Assembly (NCBI RefSeq): GCF_000446015.1
Contig: NC_022093.1
Location: 930,001-962,000, forward strand
Source: Thermofilum adornatum
Lineage (GTDB): Archaea > Thermoproteota > Thermoprotei > Thermofilales > Thermofilaceae
Length of the DNA: 32,000 bases
Direction: 5' to 3'
Shown here: positions 1 to 7,621 of the stretch, piece after piece
How the letters are laid out: each line of letters opens with the position of its first letter
Numbering within the stretch: the first letter of the stretch is position 1
Made by a program: the position numbers and the translations under genes
Notes under the pieces: generated by a model
What the model saw: only the letters and a program-made list of their open reading frames with translations
Told to the model about the DNA's origin: nothing
Databases searched by the model: none

Positions 1-1120
1 AGCTCCTAGACTCCACGTAAACGACGGGAATAGCCCCCAGAGGGCATAGACTCTCCCCCTATACTCCTTTGGGACAAGGTCTGCCCTCAAAGAAGAATAA
101 GCCAGGCCATAAAATACGCCTGCAACTGAGCCTATAGTGGTGGACAGGAGCAATAGAGGAAGAGTGAGCCAGGAAGACGGTGGAGCCAAAACGAAGATTA
201 CTTGGCTTAATGTTCCTAGAAGAAAGCCTAGTGTTATAGAAAAGTTTCTTCCACGCGTATCAACAATCTTCCCAACGGGTAGAAGAAGCAATAGATTCAC
301 AACGCTTCCAACTGTAGCTAGGATAGCTAGACCATTCTTGTCAACCTCTAGATAATAATACATATAATAGTTCCCAAGAAAAGTCATTGCACCTACAAGA
401 TTGAGCAAAATATCGGTAGTCATCAAAAGGTATGTTTCATGGCTGATTTTTCTAAGGGCATCAATGTAGGAGAACAAAAAGTTTCCACTGGCGTTTATTG
501 TGTCTTTTGTGGTTATGGTTTCTTCTATCCAGAAAAGACGCGAAAGGGCCGTGATGATGCCTGTTAGAAAAGATAGGAAAAAGATTATCCTCACGCCCTC
601 AACTATTCCAAATATATTCACAAGGTAGGCACCGCCAAGCGGTGAAAGCGACGAGGCAAGTCCAGGCACTAGACTGAGAATCGCGTTCATCCTGCCCCTC
701 AATGATATTGGTACAGAGTCTGCCTGTATCCCCTCAAGGGCCGGCTGGTAAAAAAGTGAGATGCCATTCAGGACGTTTGAGATAGCATATGTTTGCCAGT
801 CTGGAGCTATCGCCATTAATAGGTATGTCCCAGCTACTAAGAGTGTTCCAATCCAGAGAATCTTCTTTCTGCCATACTTATCGGAGAGAAATCCGCCGAG
901 AAGCCTTGAAAAAGAGTTAGCGATCTGTGTGGCTGATTGCACAAGCGAGATGTCCTCTGGGGAAGCGCCTAGCTTGCTAACATATAGCTGTGTATATGGT
1001 CCGGCCATTGCCTGGACAGGTGACCAAACTAGCCAGCCGAATGCCAGTACCCGTATGTTTTTCGGGATTTTCGTAAAGGAGTCTTTTACCTTTGCAAGCC
1101 ACTTAGCCACAATGATGCAA
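1..1120 (-). CDS. MFS-type transporter, partial (C-terminal end lies beyond the window start)
   Basis: The reverse-strand frame is open from the window edge up to a GTG at 1120-1118 (alternative TTG at 1134). Translation begins VAKWLAKVKDSFTKIPKNIRVLAFGWLVWSPVQAMAGPY...GGFLSDKYGRKKILWIGTLLVAG... and shows many hydrophobic spans plus the MFS-like D-x-x-G-R-K/R loop. An AT-rich TATA-like box lies about 20-30 nt upstream. The listed + ORFs 137-355 and 761-1138 are antisense shadows. Confidence 0.7.
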
Positions 1121-1154
1121 AAAGCAGGACACAATTAAATCTTTTTTAGGATTC

Positions 1155-1886
1155 TTAACGCGTACTCTGCCCGAAGCTGCATGGAGCTATCTCAGTCTGT
1201 AGACCAGCCTCGTCAAGAATGTTCCTAGGGATGGGAGGTTCTCCCTCCCAAATAATCTTCTTATTGCTAAGAATGTAGACATAGTCACTTATTTTCTCAG
1301 CCAGGGCTACATCTTGGCTAGCCAGCAGTATTCCCCTCGATTTTCTGAGGTCGCATAAAAGTTTGAGGAAGAGGGCAGTGGTCTTGGGATCAAGGTTAGC
1401 AAACGGCTCATCTAGGAGGAGATATGTTGGGTCGTATATAATTATGCTTGCTAGCGCCACTCTCCTTTTTTCACCGAAGCTTAGCGCATGGACAGGTTTA
1501 TTCAACAAATGTTCTAGATGGAGCATGTTAGCTACAAGTTGGATCTTTGCCTCTACTTCTCCGCGTGTCAATTCTAACTGGCTTAACGTAAAGAGAAGCT
1601 CATCTCGGACCGTTGGGCTGAATAAATGGTCATCTGGGTTCTGGAACATTACACCAATATACCTCCTAGCGCCTGGCAACATTTCAAACAGATTTTTGCC
1701 ATCAAGTAGAACCTCGCCAGAAAGCGGCCTCAGAAGACCAGAAACAAGCAGTAACAGTGTGGTTTTGCCAGAACCATTTGGTCCCAAGACAGTTTGGATT
1801 CTTCCAGTCTTTACTTGGATAGATACATTCTCAAGCACCAAGTCATCTTTAAGGTAAGAAAATGTAAGATTTCTACCTTCCAGCAT
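1155..1886 (-). CDS. cbiO: ECF/cobalt-type ABC transporter ATPase (CbiO/EcfA family)
   Basis: Walker A GPNGSGKTT, ABC signature LSFGEKRRV and Walker B LLLDEPFANLD. It is the last gene of a tightly packed cbiM-N-Q-O-like operon. Confidence 0.85.
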   Translation of the reverse strand: MLEGRNLTFSYLKDDLVLENVSIQVKTGRIQTVLGPNGSGKTTLLLLVSGLLRPLSGEVLLDGKNLFEMLPGARRYIGVMFQNPDDHLFSPTVRDELLFTLSQLELTRGEVEAKIQLVANMLHLEHLLNKPVHALSFGEKRRVALASIIIYDPTYLLLDEPFANLDPKTTALFLKLLCDLRKSRGILLASQDVALAEKISDYVYILSNKKIIWEGEPPIPRNILDEAGLQTEIAPCSFGQSTR

Positions 1887-1895
1887 AGTGCTCTC

Positions 1896-2633
1896 CTAGC
1901 CTGCATACACAGTGTAGGCTAATAAGATTGTTGAAAATAGTACGAACAAATCTAAGGGGGTAGGTCTCCAGTGCAGGACATTATTCCCCTTTGTTGTAGC
2001 CTCTCCAAAATATCTTGACTTTGTGGATAATGATAGCCAGTAAGAGGTTCTAAAGCCTTCATATATCAAGTCCCCCACCAACGACATACCAATAATCCAT
2101 CTATTCTTTCTTGACACAGTAAATGTTCTGGCCTCTCTGGCAAGGGTGCTTGTCTGGGCTTTCCTAATAAACTCGGGAATATATCTGATCAAAACGCCAA
2201 GCTGTTTTGACAATTCAACAAAACCGAGAGCATTTAGACCCTTTACTACACCCAACCAGCCCAATCCGCCAAGCATAGAAGTAAACAATGAAGCGGAAGC
2301 CGCCACTCTCAATATGAACACTACTGGCTCTCTAGTTTCCCCAAGCAAAATTACAGGTAGAGCAACAACAAGAGCAAAGAATATAGAGATAAAAGTAACA
2401 TATAACCACTCCCTGGTCTTCTTTGTGGCAAAAGCAATGATGGACGCGAAAATTAACGCCAATATAAATGTATGAAGTGTATGAGAAAAAGAAACAATAC
2501 CCGTTACAAGCATGGATAGGACAATGCCAATGCTGGGAGTGAACCTAGGCTGGGAAGAGTCAAGAAGCTTACCTAGAACATCGCCCAGCTCAAAAAAATA
2601 ATCATTTAAAATATTGTCCAAGCTTTTCATCAT
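1896..2633 (-). CDS. cbiQ: ECF transporter transmembrane (T) component, CbiQ family
   Basis: A 245-aa polytopic membrane protein lying between the CbiN-like and CbiO genes. Its size and position are typical of CbiQ/EcfT. Confidence 0.7.
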   Translation of the reverse strand: MMKSLDNILNDYFFELGDVLGKLLDSSQPRFTPSIGIVLSMLVTGIVSFSHTLHTFILALIFASIIAFATKKTREWLYVTFISIFFALVVALPVILLGETREPVVFILRVAASASLFTSMLGGLGWLGVVKGLNALGFVELSKQLGVLIRYIPEFIRKAQTSTLAREARTFTVSRKNRWIIGMSLVGDLIYEGFRTSYWLSLSTKSRYFGEATTKGNNVLHWRPTPLDLFVLFSTILLAYTVYAG

Positions 2634-2634
2634 T

Positions 2635-2928
2635 TCATTTCCTCAGCTTGATAATGATGTAGCCAAGGAGGAGGACCACTAAGGCTCCAAGCAGACCCGA
2701 AACAATGTATCCCACTTCAGGTGGAAGTCCAGGCACAGAGTAATCTAGGAATGGCGTCCAATTGGTTTCTTCTGTCGTCTCGTTGAGACCTAGAAGCTCA
2801 GCCGCTATATCTAGGGGCTCGTGGTAACCAAGGAGGTTTGCTAGTATTACTCCGAAGATTGGACTAATAACTATGAGAAAAAGTATTAAGATGAAGGCTT
2901 TTTTATACCTAAGAACAATTTCTTTCAT
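2635..2928 (-). CDS. Small two-TM CbiN-like / PDGLE-domain component of the metal ECF transporter
   Basis: A 97-aa protein with N- and C-terminal TM helices flanking an acidic loop (HEPLDIAAELLGL...DYSVPGL) that resembles the PDGLE/CbiN pattern. It sits directly downstream of cbiM with a 4-nt gap. Confidence 0.55.
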   Translation of the reverse strand: MKEIVLRYKKAFILILFLIVISPIFGVILANLLGYHEPLDIAAELLGLNETTEETNWTPFLDYSVPGLPPEVGYIVSGLLGALVVLLLGYIIIKLRK

Positions 2929-2932
2929 TATA

Positions 2933-3541
2933 TCACCCGCTCACCAGGCCTGGATATTTATTAGCCAGATACATGTAAACACCCATAGTTATTATTCCCT
3001 CAATGATACCGAGTACTGCATGCCAGCCGCCCATTACCGGGATAGTTATAGAAAGCCCATAGAGAAACTGCTTGGATAATCCAAGCTCTAATCCTGCAAC
3101 GATACCCGCAAAAGTTATGCTTAGCCATCCAGCAAGAAAAGTAGCGAGTCTTTTGTTCGGGAGATATTTATAGATTAGCCAGCCAGTCCAGACAGCCACA
3201 ATCCCCATATTGAGTATGTTTGCACCTAGGGTTGTAATCCCCCCGTCGTGGAACACAAGTGCCTGGACCAGCAGTACAAGGGTTAGGACGATATTTCCTC
3301 CCCAGGGGCCCACAAGTATTGCTGCCAGCGCGCCCCCAACGAGGTGTAAAGAGGTGCCTCCCGGAATAGGCCAATTCAGCATTTGTGCAACAAATATCGC
3401 GGCCGCCAAGACGGGAATTAAGGTCTTCTTCTCGTCGCTTAGATCTTTGATTTTCCTAAAGGAAAGAATTACAACAATTACTGCGACTAGGTACGTTGCT
3501 ATGCAAATGTATGGATCCAGGTAACCGTCTGGGATGTGCAC
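2933..3541 (-). CDS. cbiM: Cobalt/nickel ECF transporter substrate-capture component CbiM/NikM
   Basis: Has the hallmark N-terminus MHIPDGYLD. It is a 202-aa polytopic membrane protein and the first gene of the operon. Confidence 0.85.
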   Translation of the reverse strand: MHIPDGYLDPYICIATYLVAVIVVILSFRKIKDLSDEKKTLIPVLAAAIFVAQMLNWPIPGGTSLHLVGGALAAILVGPWGGNIVLTLVLLVQALVFHDGGITTLGANILNMGIVAVWTGWLIYKYLPNKRLATFLAGWLSITFAGIVAGLELGLSKQFLYGLSITIPVMGGWHAVLGIIEGIITMGVYMYLANKYPGLVSG

Positions 3542-3648
3542 AGTAATAGATTATTGGCTTTTTTATTTAAGCATTTCGCCTAGTAATATATTTCAATCAT
3601 CTTGTATTAAAAAAAACCTTTTAATTGCCAGCCTCAGAAAAACCACGT

Positions 3649-4551
3649 ATGAAGCTCAAGGAACTGTTTATTGTGACAAGGCCATGGTCGTTTGTTATGA
3701 CCATTATATCCATTACTGGTGCAGCGGCATATACATACCTGGCTCTGCATACCTTTGATCTCCTCCTCTTCATTGTGACCCTGCTGGGCGTGACGCTACT
3801 GCATGCGGCTGCAAACGTGTTAAATGACTACTATGATACAATCAGAGGAGTAGATGTTCCAGGAGCACCCACAACCCTCTACAGGCCGCATCCAGTCATA
3901 GCTGGCATAATGACTCCAAAGCAGGTCAGGAACTTTGGATTGGTATTACTGGTTTCAGGACTGGCTTGTGCTTTTGTTTTAATAGCAATTAGGCAGATAT
4001 TGGTTATTGTACTTGCTCTTGTGGGAGTTGTTCTATTATTCACTTATTCCGGTCCCCCGGGGCTAAAATACAAGGCCATGGGAGAAATAGGTGTTTTCCT
4101 AAGCTGGGGCGTATTTATGTGGATTGGAACCTTCTATGTGCTTACGGGTCAACTTTCACTCCTGCCAGCCCTAGCCGGAACCCCGATTGGTTTACTTGTT
4201 GCAGCTGTCCTTACTGCAAACAATCTACGTGACATAGAGTTCGATTTAAGCAGAGGCGCCAAGACACTTGTCGCGATTCTTGGCAGGGGGAGGGGGCTCT
4301 ACTTCTATTTTGGAGAAATCATACTAGCCTATGTCTCCCTAGCTCTACTGGCACTATTAAACATTGTCCCCATCGCGTCACTAGTTGCCTACCTAACATT
4401 GCCTCAGGCCTATAAGCTGTACAAGACGTTCAAGACAAAAGTTCCGGAGACAGCTGATCCAATGACTGCCGCACTTGTACAGAACTTTGGAATACTATAC
4501 GTCGTTGGCATATTGATTGGAGCAGTCATCCAACAAGGCCCAGTTTTTTAA
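3649..4551 (+). CDS. UbiA-family aromatic prenyltransferase, MenA-like (1,4-dihydroxy-2-naphthoate polyprenyltransferase-like)
   Basis: A polytopic membrane protein carrying the first Asp-rich motif NVLNDYYDTIRGVD (MenA-type NxxxDxxD...D). I prefer the ATG at 3649 over the listed TTG at 3625. Confidence 0.7.
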   Translation: MKLKELFIVTRPWSFVMTIISITGAAAYTYLALHTFDLLLFIVTLLGVTLLHAAANVLNDYYDTIRGVDVPGAPTTLYRPHPVIAGIMTPKQVRNFGLVLLVSGLACAFVLIAIRQILVIVLALVGVVLLFTYSGPPGLKYKAMGEIGVFLSWGVFMWIGTFYVLTGQLSLLPALAGTPIGLLVAAVLTANNLRDIEFDLSRGAKTLVAILGRGRGLYFYFGEIILAYVSLALLALLNIVPIASLVAYLTLPQAYKLYKTFKTKVPETADPMTAALVQNFGILYVVGILIGAVIQQGPVF

Positions 4552-4573
4552 GCAGAGACAATTGGTCTTCCAC

Positions 4574-5032
4574 ATGTGGACGGCAACTCTTTGCTACCCA
4601 ATGAGAGGTAGCGAAGTACTGCTTATCTACAAGCGGAGAGGATTTGGCGCAGGCAAATACAATGGGGTTGGAGGCAAAATAGAGCCAAACGAGGACATGT
4701 GGACTGGTGTAAAGAGAGAGGTCAAAGAAGAGGTTGGACTAGAGCTTCTCCAGGTCACCTATAAAGGAGTACTAGAATTTTACGCCGAAGAGGATGTCCC
4801 AGACATAATTGTCCACGTATTTACTTCTACAAGGTTTAGGGGAGACCCTAAGCCCTCTGAAGAAGCAATCCCACAATGGTTCAAAATTGATAAGCTACCA
4901 TTCGACCTGATGTGGGAAGACGACAAGATATGGCTACCCCACGTGCTTGCTGGAAAAACTATCTATGGAAGGTTCTGGTTTAAGAAAGATTACTCAAAAA
5001 TGTTGAGCTACAAATTAGATGTCTACCAGTAA
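4574..5032 (+). CDS. Nudix hydrolase (MutT/NUDT1-like)
   Basis: The Nudix box is GGKIEPNEDMWTGVKREVKEEVGL (Gx5Ex7REUxEExGU). I prefer the ATG at 4574, because the listed 4517 start overlaps the upstream gene. Confidence 0.8.
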   Translation: MWTATLCYPMRGSEVLLIYKRRGFGAGKYNGVGGKIEPNEDMWTGVKREVKEEVGLELLQVTYKGVLEFYAEEDVPDIIVHVFTSTRFRGDPKPSEEAIPQWFKIDKLPFDLMWEDDKIWLPHVLAGKTIYGRFWFKKDYSKMLSYKLDVYQ

Positions 5033-5040
5033 CGTTTTTG

Positions 5041-5898
5041 CTAAGAGAGTGCCAGTAGCAAGAAGAACAAGCCCATAAACATGTTGACCATTTTAAAGGC
5101 TCTAAACGATGCATCACGATAGTTGCCCCTGCGTAACGACATAGCTAGGAAAACAATTGCCAAGAGCAGAGGAATTACTGAAATTACGTAGCCCCAAATA
5201 GAGATGAGGCCTAGGTAGTAAATTGCCGAAGAGATAAAGAGGACAATGAGGGCTACCAAGAAAGATCCCTGCACACCTCTTTTTTCGCCATACACCACTG
5301 GCAACATGGGGACGTTAGCTTTGCGATAATCGTCAACATAGTACGTTGCCAGGGTCCATATGTGGAGCGAGCTCCACACCGCGACGAGAAGCATAAGCAT
5401 TACTCCCCCCAGCCCAAAACTGCCTGTTGCTCCTGCCCATCCACCCAGCGCAGGCATCCCGCCGGCGAAACCGCCGAAGACAACACTCCATGGGCTCTTC
5501 CTCTTGAGGAGCCATGTATACACTCCTATGTCTATGAGGAATCCTAGAAGTCCCGAGGTTGCAACGTAAACATTTACAAGGAGCCCACATACTAGACCCG
5601 TCACAATCAATAGCATGCTGGTCACCAGCGTTTCACGCTTGGTCAGCCTGTTCATTGGGATTGGCCTATTCTTGGTCCTAAACATTAGTGAATCTATGTC
5701 TGCATCCAGAACCATGTTGACTCCTGTCGTCCCAGAAATTGTTAGAAACATAGACAACGAGACAGCTAGAAAACTCAGCGCGTCAAAAGGTTTACCAGCT
5801 ATCCTAAGTCCCTCCAGGTATGAACAAATCCCAGTTATTAACAATAGCAGTGTCTGCTTTACCTTAAAAACCTCCATGAAGTCTTTTAATTTGCCCAT
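5041..5898 (-). CDS. ctaB: Protoheme IX farnesyltransferase (heme O synthase)
   Basis: A UbiA-family membrane protein with the motif LDADIDSLMFRTKNRPIP (the D-x-D-I-D-x-x-M-x-R-T-x-x-R-P signature of CtaB/CyoE). I prefer the internal ATG at 5898 (MGKLKDFMEVFKVKQT...). Confidence 0.8.
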   Translation of the reverse strand: MGKLKDFMEVFKVKQTLLLLITGICSYLEGLRIAGKPFDALSFLAVSLSMFLTISGTTGVNMVLDADIDSLMFRTKNRPIPMNRLTKRETLVTSMLLIVTGLVCGLLVNVYVATSGLLGFLIDIGVYTWLLKRKSPWSVVFGGFAGGMPALGGWAGATGSFGLGGVMLMLLVAVWSSLHIWTLATYYVDDYRKANVPMLPVVYGEKRGVQGSFLVALIVLFISSAIYYLGLISIWGYVISVIPLLLAIVFLAMSLRRGNYRDASFRAFKMVNMFMGLFFLLLALS

Positions 5899-6024
5899 CG
5901 TAAAGGAGACCAATGAGCCCCTTATATCTTTATTATCAAAACTTGTACATAAACTGTGTCTCCTAACCAAACCTTTTTAGTTCCACGTACACATAGAAAC
6001 TGTGAAAGCGGCTTGAAGAACCCA

Positions 6025-6282
6025 ATGCGTGAATACTTCAATAAACTCCTCTGGGACAAGACAGTAGACAAGAAACAGGTCAAAGTAAAATTCGTGTCTA
6101 GAGGAACATCTACGCAAACAGACATGTTTACTGGAGAACAAGTTGTCCGGGTCTCACGCGACGGAGTAATTATACTCACAGAAAGCGGTACAGAAAAATA
6201 TATTCCCTACCACAGGATACTCGAGATAACATACTCGGGAAAAACAGTATTTAACAAAAAAGAAGAAAAATATTTTGTTTAG
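6025..6282 (+). CDS. UPF0248/DUF504-family small protein
   Basis: MREYFNKLLWD...KYIPYHRILEI matches my recollection of the archaeal DUF504 pattern (N-terminal L/INKLKWD and C-terminal IPxHRI). The start is taken at the ATG at 6025 rather than the listed 5956. Confidence 0.55.
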   Translation: MREYFNKLLWDKTVDKKQVKVKFVSRGTSTQTDMFTGEQVVRVSRDGVIILTESGTEKYIPYHRILEITYSGKTVFNKKEEKYFV

Positions 6283-7316
6283 ATACCCTTCTCGGCCATG
6301 TAGAGCAAAAGATCCACGAGACGGTTGCTGAAGCCCCACTCGTTGTCGTACCAAGCTACGACTTTTACCTTGTTGCTCTTCCCACCAAGCACCATGCTTG
6401 CCTGCGCGTCATATATCGAGGAGTGCGGGTCCCCCACGATGTCCGAGGAGACTATCGGGTCATCCACGTATTCAAGTATTCCCTTCAAGTAGGTCTCAGA
6501 AGCCTCTTTAAAAGCCGCATCTAGCTCCTCCTTTGTAACCTCTCTGCCTAGCTGAGCAACCAGATCAACAACAGAGCCGTCAGCCACAGGTACACGCATA
6601 GCCATTCCGTCCAGCTTACCCTTCACCTCAGGAATCACTAGGTGCAATGCCCTAGCTGCTCCAGTCGTTGTAGGTATAATATTTAGTGCAGCTGCACGCG
6701 TCCTCCTAAAGTCTTCTGGATGTATTAAGTCTAGGATCCTCTGGTCATTGGTATAAGCGTGGACCGTGGTCATGAATCCCCATTCGAGACCAAAGTTTTT
6801 GAGGAGAACATATACAACTGGCGCTAGACAGTTAGTAGTGCATGATGCATTTGAGATGACTTGGTGTTTCGTTGGGTCGTACATGTGGTGGTTTACTCCC
6901 ATCACGATTGTGACGTCTGCGCCTTTCGAGGGGGCGGTTACGACAACCTTCTTGGCACCGGCTTTGAGGTGAAGAGCGGCCTTGTCTCTATCGGTGAATC
7001 TGCCAGTAGCCTCCATTGCTATGTCTACTCCTAGATCTTTCCAGGGTAACTTGTCGGGGCTAGCTTCATTCAGAATGAGCATCTCGTGTCCTTCTACTAT
7101 GAGCTTGTTGTCCTTGACTTCTACTTTGTACGGGAGACGTCCAAAGACAGAGTCGTATTTAAATAGGTAGGCCAGCATCTGGGGAGAGCCTAGGTCGTTA
7201 ATTGCTACAACCTCAAATTTGTCGAAGAATTTTTCGTTTTTCAGAGCTGCCCGTAAAAAGTTCCTGCCAATTCTTCCAAAACCATTTAGTCCAACCTTTA
7301 TGGTCATACTGGTCAC
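6279..7316 (-). CDS. gap: Glyceraldehyde-3-phosphate dehydrogenase, type I (bacterial/eukaryotic type)
   Basis: N-terminal Rossmann motif VGLNGFGRIGRNFLRA, catalytic site SNASCTTNCLAP and C-terminal WYDNEWGFSNR. The start may instead be the ATG at 7307 (MTIKVG...). Confidence 0.9.
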   Translation of the reverse strand: MTSMTIKVGLNGFGRIGRNFLRAALKNEKFFDKFEVVAINDLGSPQMLAYLFKYDSVFGRLPYKVEVKDNKLIVEGHEMLILNEASPDKLPWKDLGVDIAMEATGRFTDRDKAALHLKAGAKKVVVTAPSKGADVTIVMGVNHHMYDPTKHQVISNASCTTNCLAPVVYVLLKNFGLEWGFMTTVHAYTNDQRILDLIHPEDFRRTRAAALNIIPTTTGAARALHLVIPEVKGKLDGMAMRVPVADGSVVDLVAQLGREVTKEELDAAFKEASETYLKGILEYVDDPIVSSDIVGDPHSSIYDAQASMVLGGKSNKVKVVAWYDNEWGFSNRLVDLLLYMAEKGI

Positions 7317-7336
7317 TATTAATAATGTTGCCTATA

Positions 7337-7344
7337 CATATAAA
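7337..7344 (-). promoter_or_regulatory. TATA-like box (TTTATATG) upstream of gap
   Basis: The reverse strand reads GGAATTTATATGTATAGG, ending about 20 nt upstream of the ATG at 7316. This fits a short or absent leader. Confidence 0.35.
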
Positions 7345-7413
7345 TTCCGATTAAAAAAGCCCAATATTACAAAACCCTGTTAAATTGTTCTCTGGGAAGA
7401 AGTGAAGCTTCAC

Positions 7414-7468
7414 GTATCAGACCTGCACGAGCTCTTCACATATCTGTCCTTCCGAGCGTCATCATTAC
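7414..7468 (-). ncRNA. C/D box sRNA (dual guide)
   Basis: The reverse strand reads GUA-AUGAUGA-CGCUCGGAAGGA-CAGA-UAU-GUGAAGA-GCUCGUGCAGGU-CUGA-UAC. The parts are C box (7465-7459), 12-nt guide, D' variant, 3-nt spacer, C' variant, 12-nt guide, D box (7420-7417) and a 3-bp terminal stem GUA/UAC. This is the canonical archaeal 12-nt spacing. No ORF covers the region. Confidence 0.8.
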
Positions 7469-7490
7469 AAAAAACCTAGTCATGCCCACA

Positions 7491-7498
7491 AATATAAA
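7491..7498 (-). promoter_or_regulatory. TATA box (TTTATATT) for the C/D box sRNA
   Basis: The reverse strand reads GAAGTTTATATTTGTGGGCATGACTAGGTTTTTTGTA followed by the C box. The TATA ends 25 nt before the C box, which predicts a TSS just upstream of the terminal stem. Confidence 0.5.
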
Positions 7499-7568
7499 CT
7501 TCATGGTTCTAGCCACGTAATATTTAATTATCATTTATCACGAGCTTCTGCGAAACTCAGGGCTATAA

Positions 7569-7589
7569 AAGCCTTAATTCTTTAGGCTT
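7569..7589. terminator. Symmetric hairpin (AAGCCU-9 nt-AGGCUU) followed by a U-run, downstream of the tRNA
   Basis: There is a 6-bp inverted repeat at 7569-7574 and 7584-7589. On the minus strand it is followed by UUUUAU. A T-rich tract (AUUUUGUUG) also directly follows the tRNA CCA end. Confidence 0.25.
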
Positions 7590-7621
7590 AATTCCCGAAG
7601 ACTCCCCTATGCAACAAAATA

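Noticed and set aside
137-1138. Listed + strand ORFs 137-355 and 761-1138
   Set aside because: Their translations are low-complexity and Arg/Ser/Pro-rich with no motifs. The opposite strand gives one continuous, hydrophobic, MFS-like reading frame across the whole region, so these are antisense shadow ORFs.
3542-3648. A cobalamin riboswitch or other leader element upstream of cbiM
   Set aside because: The spacer is only about 107 nt, AT-rich and shared with the divergent UbiA gene. I could not find a B12-box-like conserved core. It looks like a plain divergent promoter region, although I cannot run a covariance model to be certain.
6279-6282. Convergent genes with overlapping 3' ends (DUF504/gap at 6279-6282; also the regulator/Sun methyltransferase pair at 17698-17701 and iorB/GGR at 31316-31335)
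   Set aside because: Such overlaps are common in compact archaeal genomes. They imply overlapping 3' UTRs but are not in themselves evidence for a regulatory system.
7501-7560. A possible second C/D-like sRNA (minus strand has CUGA, GUGAUAA and AUGAUAA, and a repeat of CACGAGCU at 7539-7546)
   Set aside because: The box order and spacing are wrong. The CUGA lies 5' of the C-like boxes, there is no D box 12 nt after a C' box, and there is no terminal stem. The 8-nt repeat is short enough to be chance.
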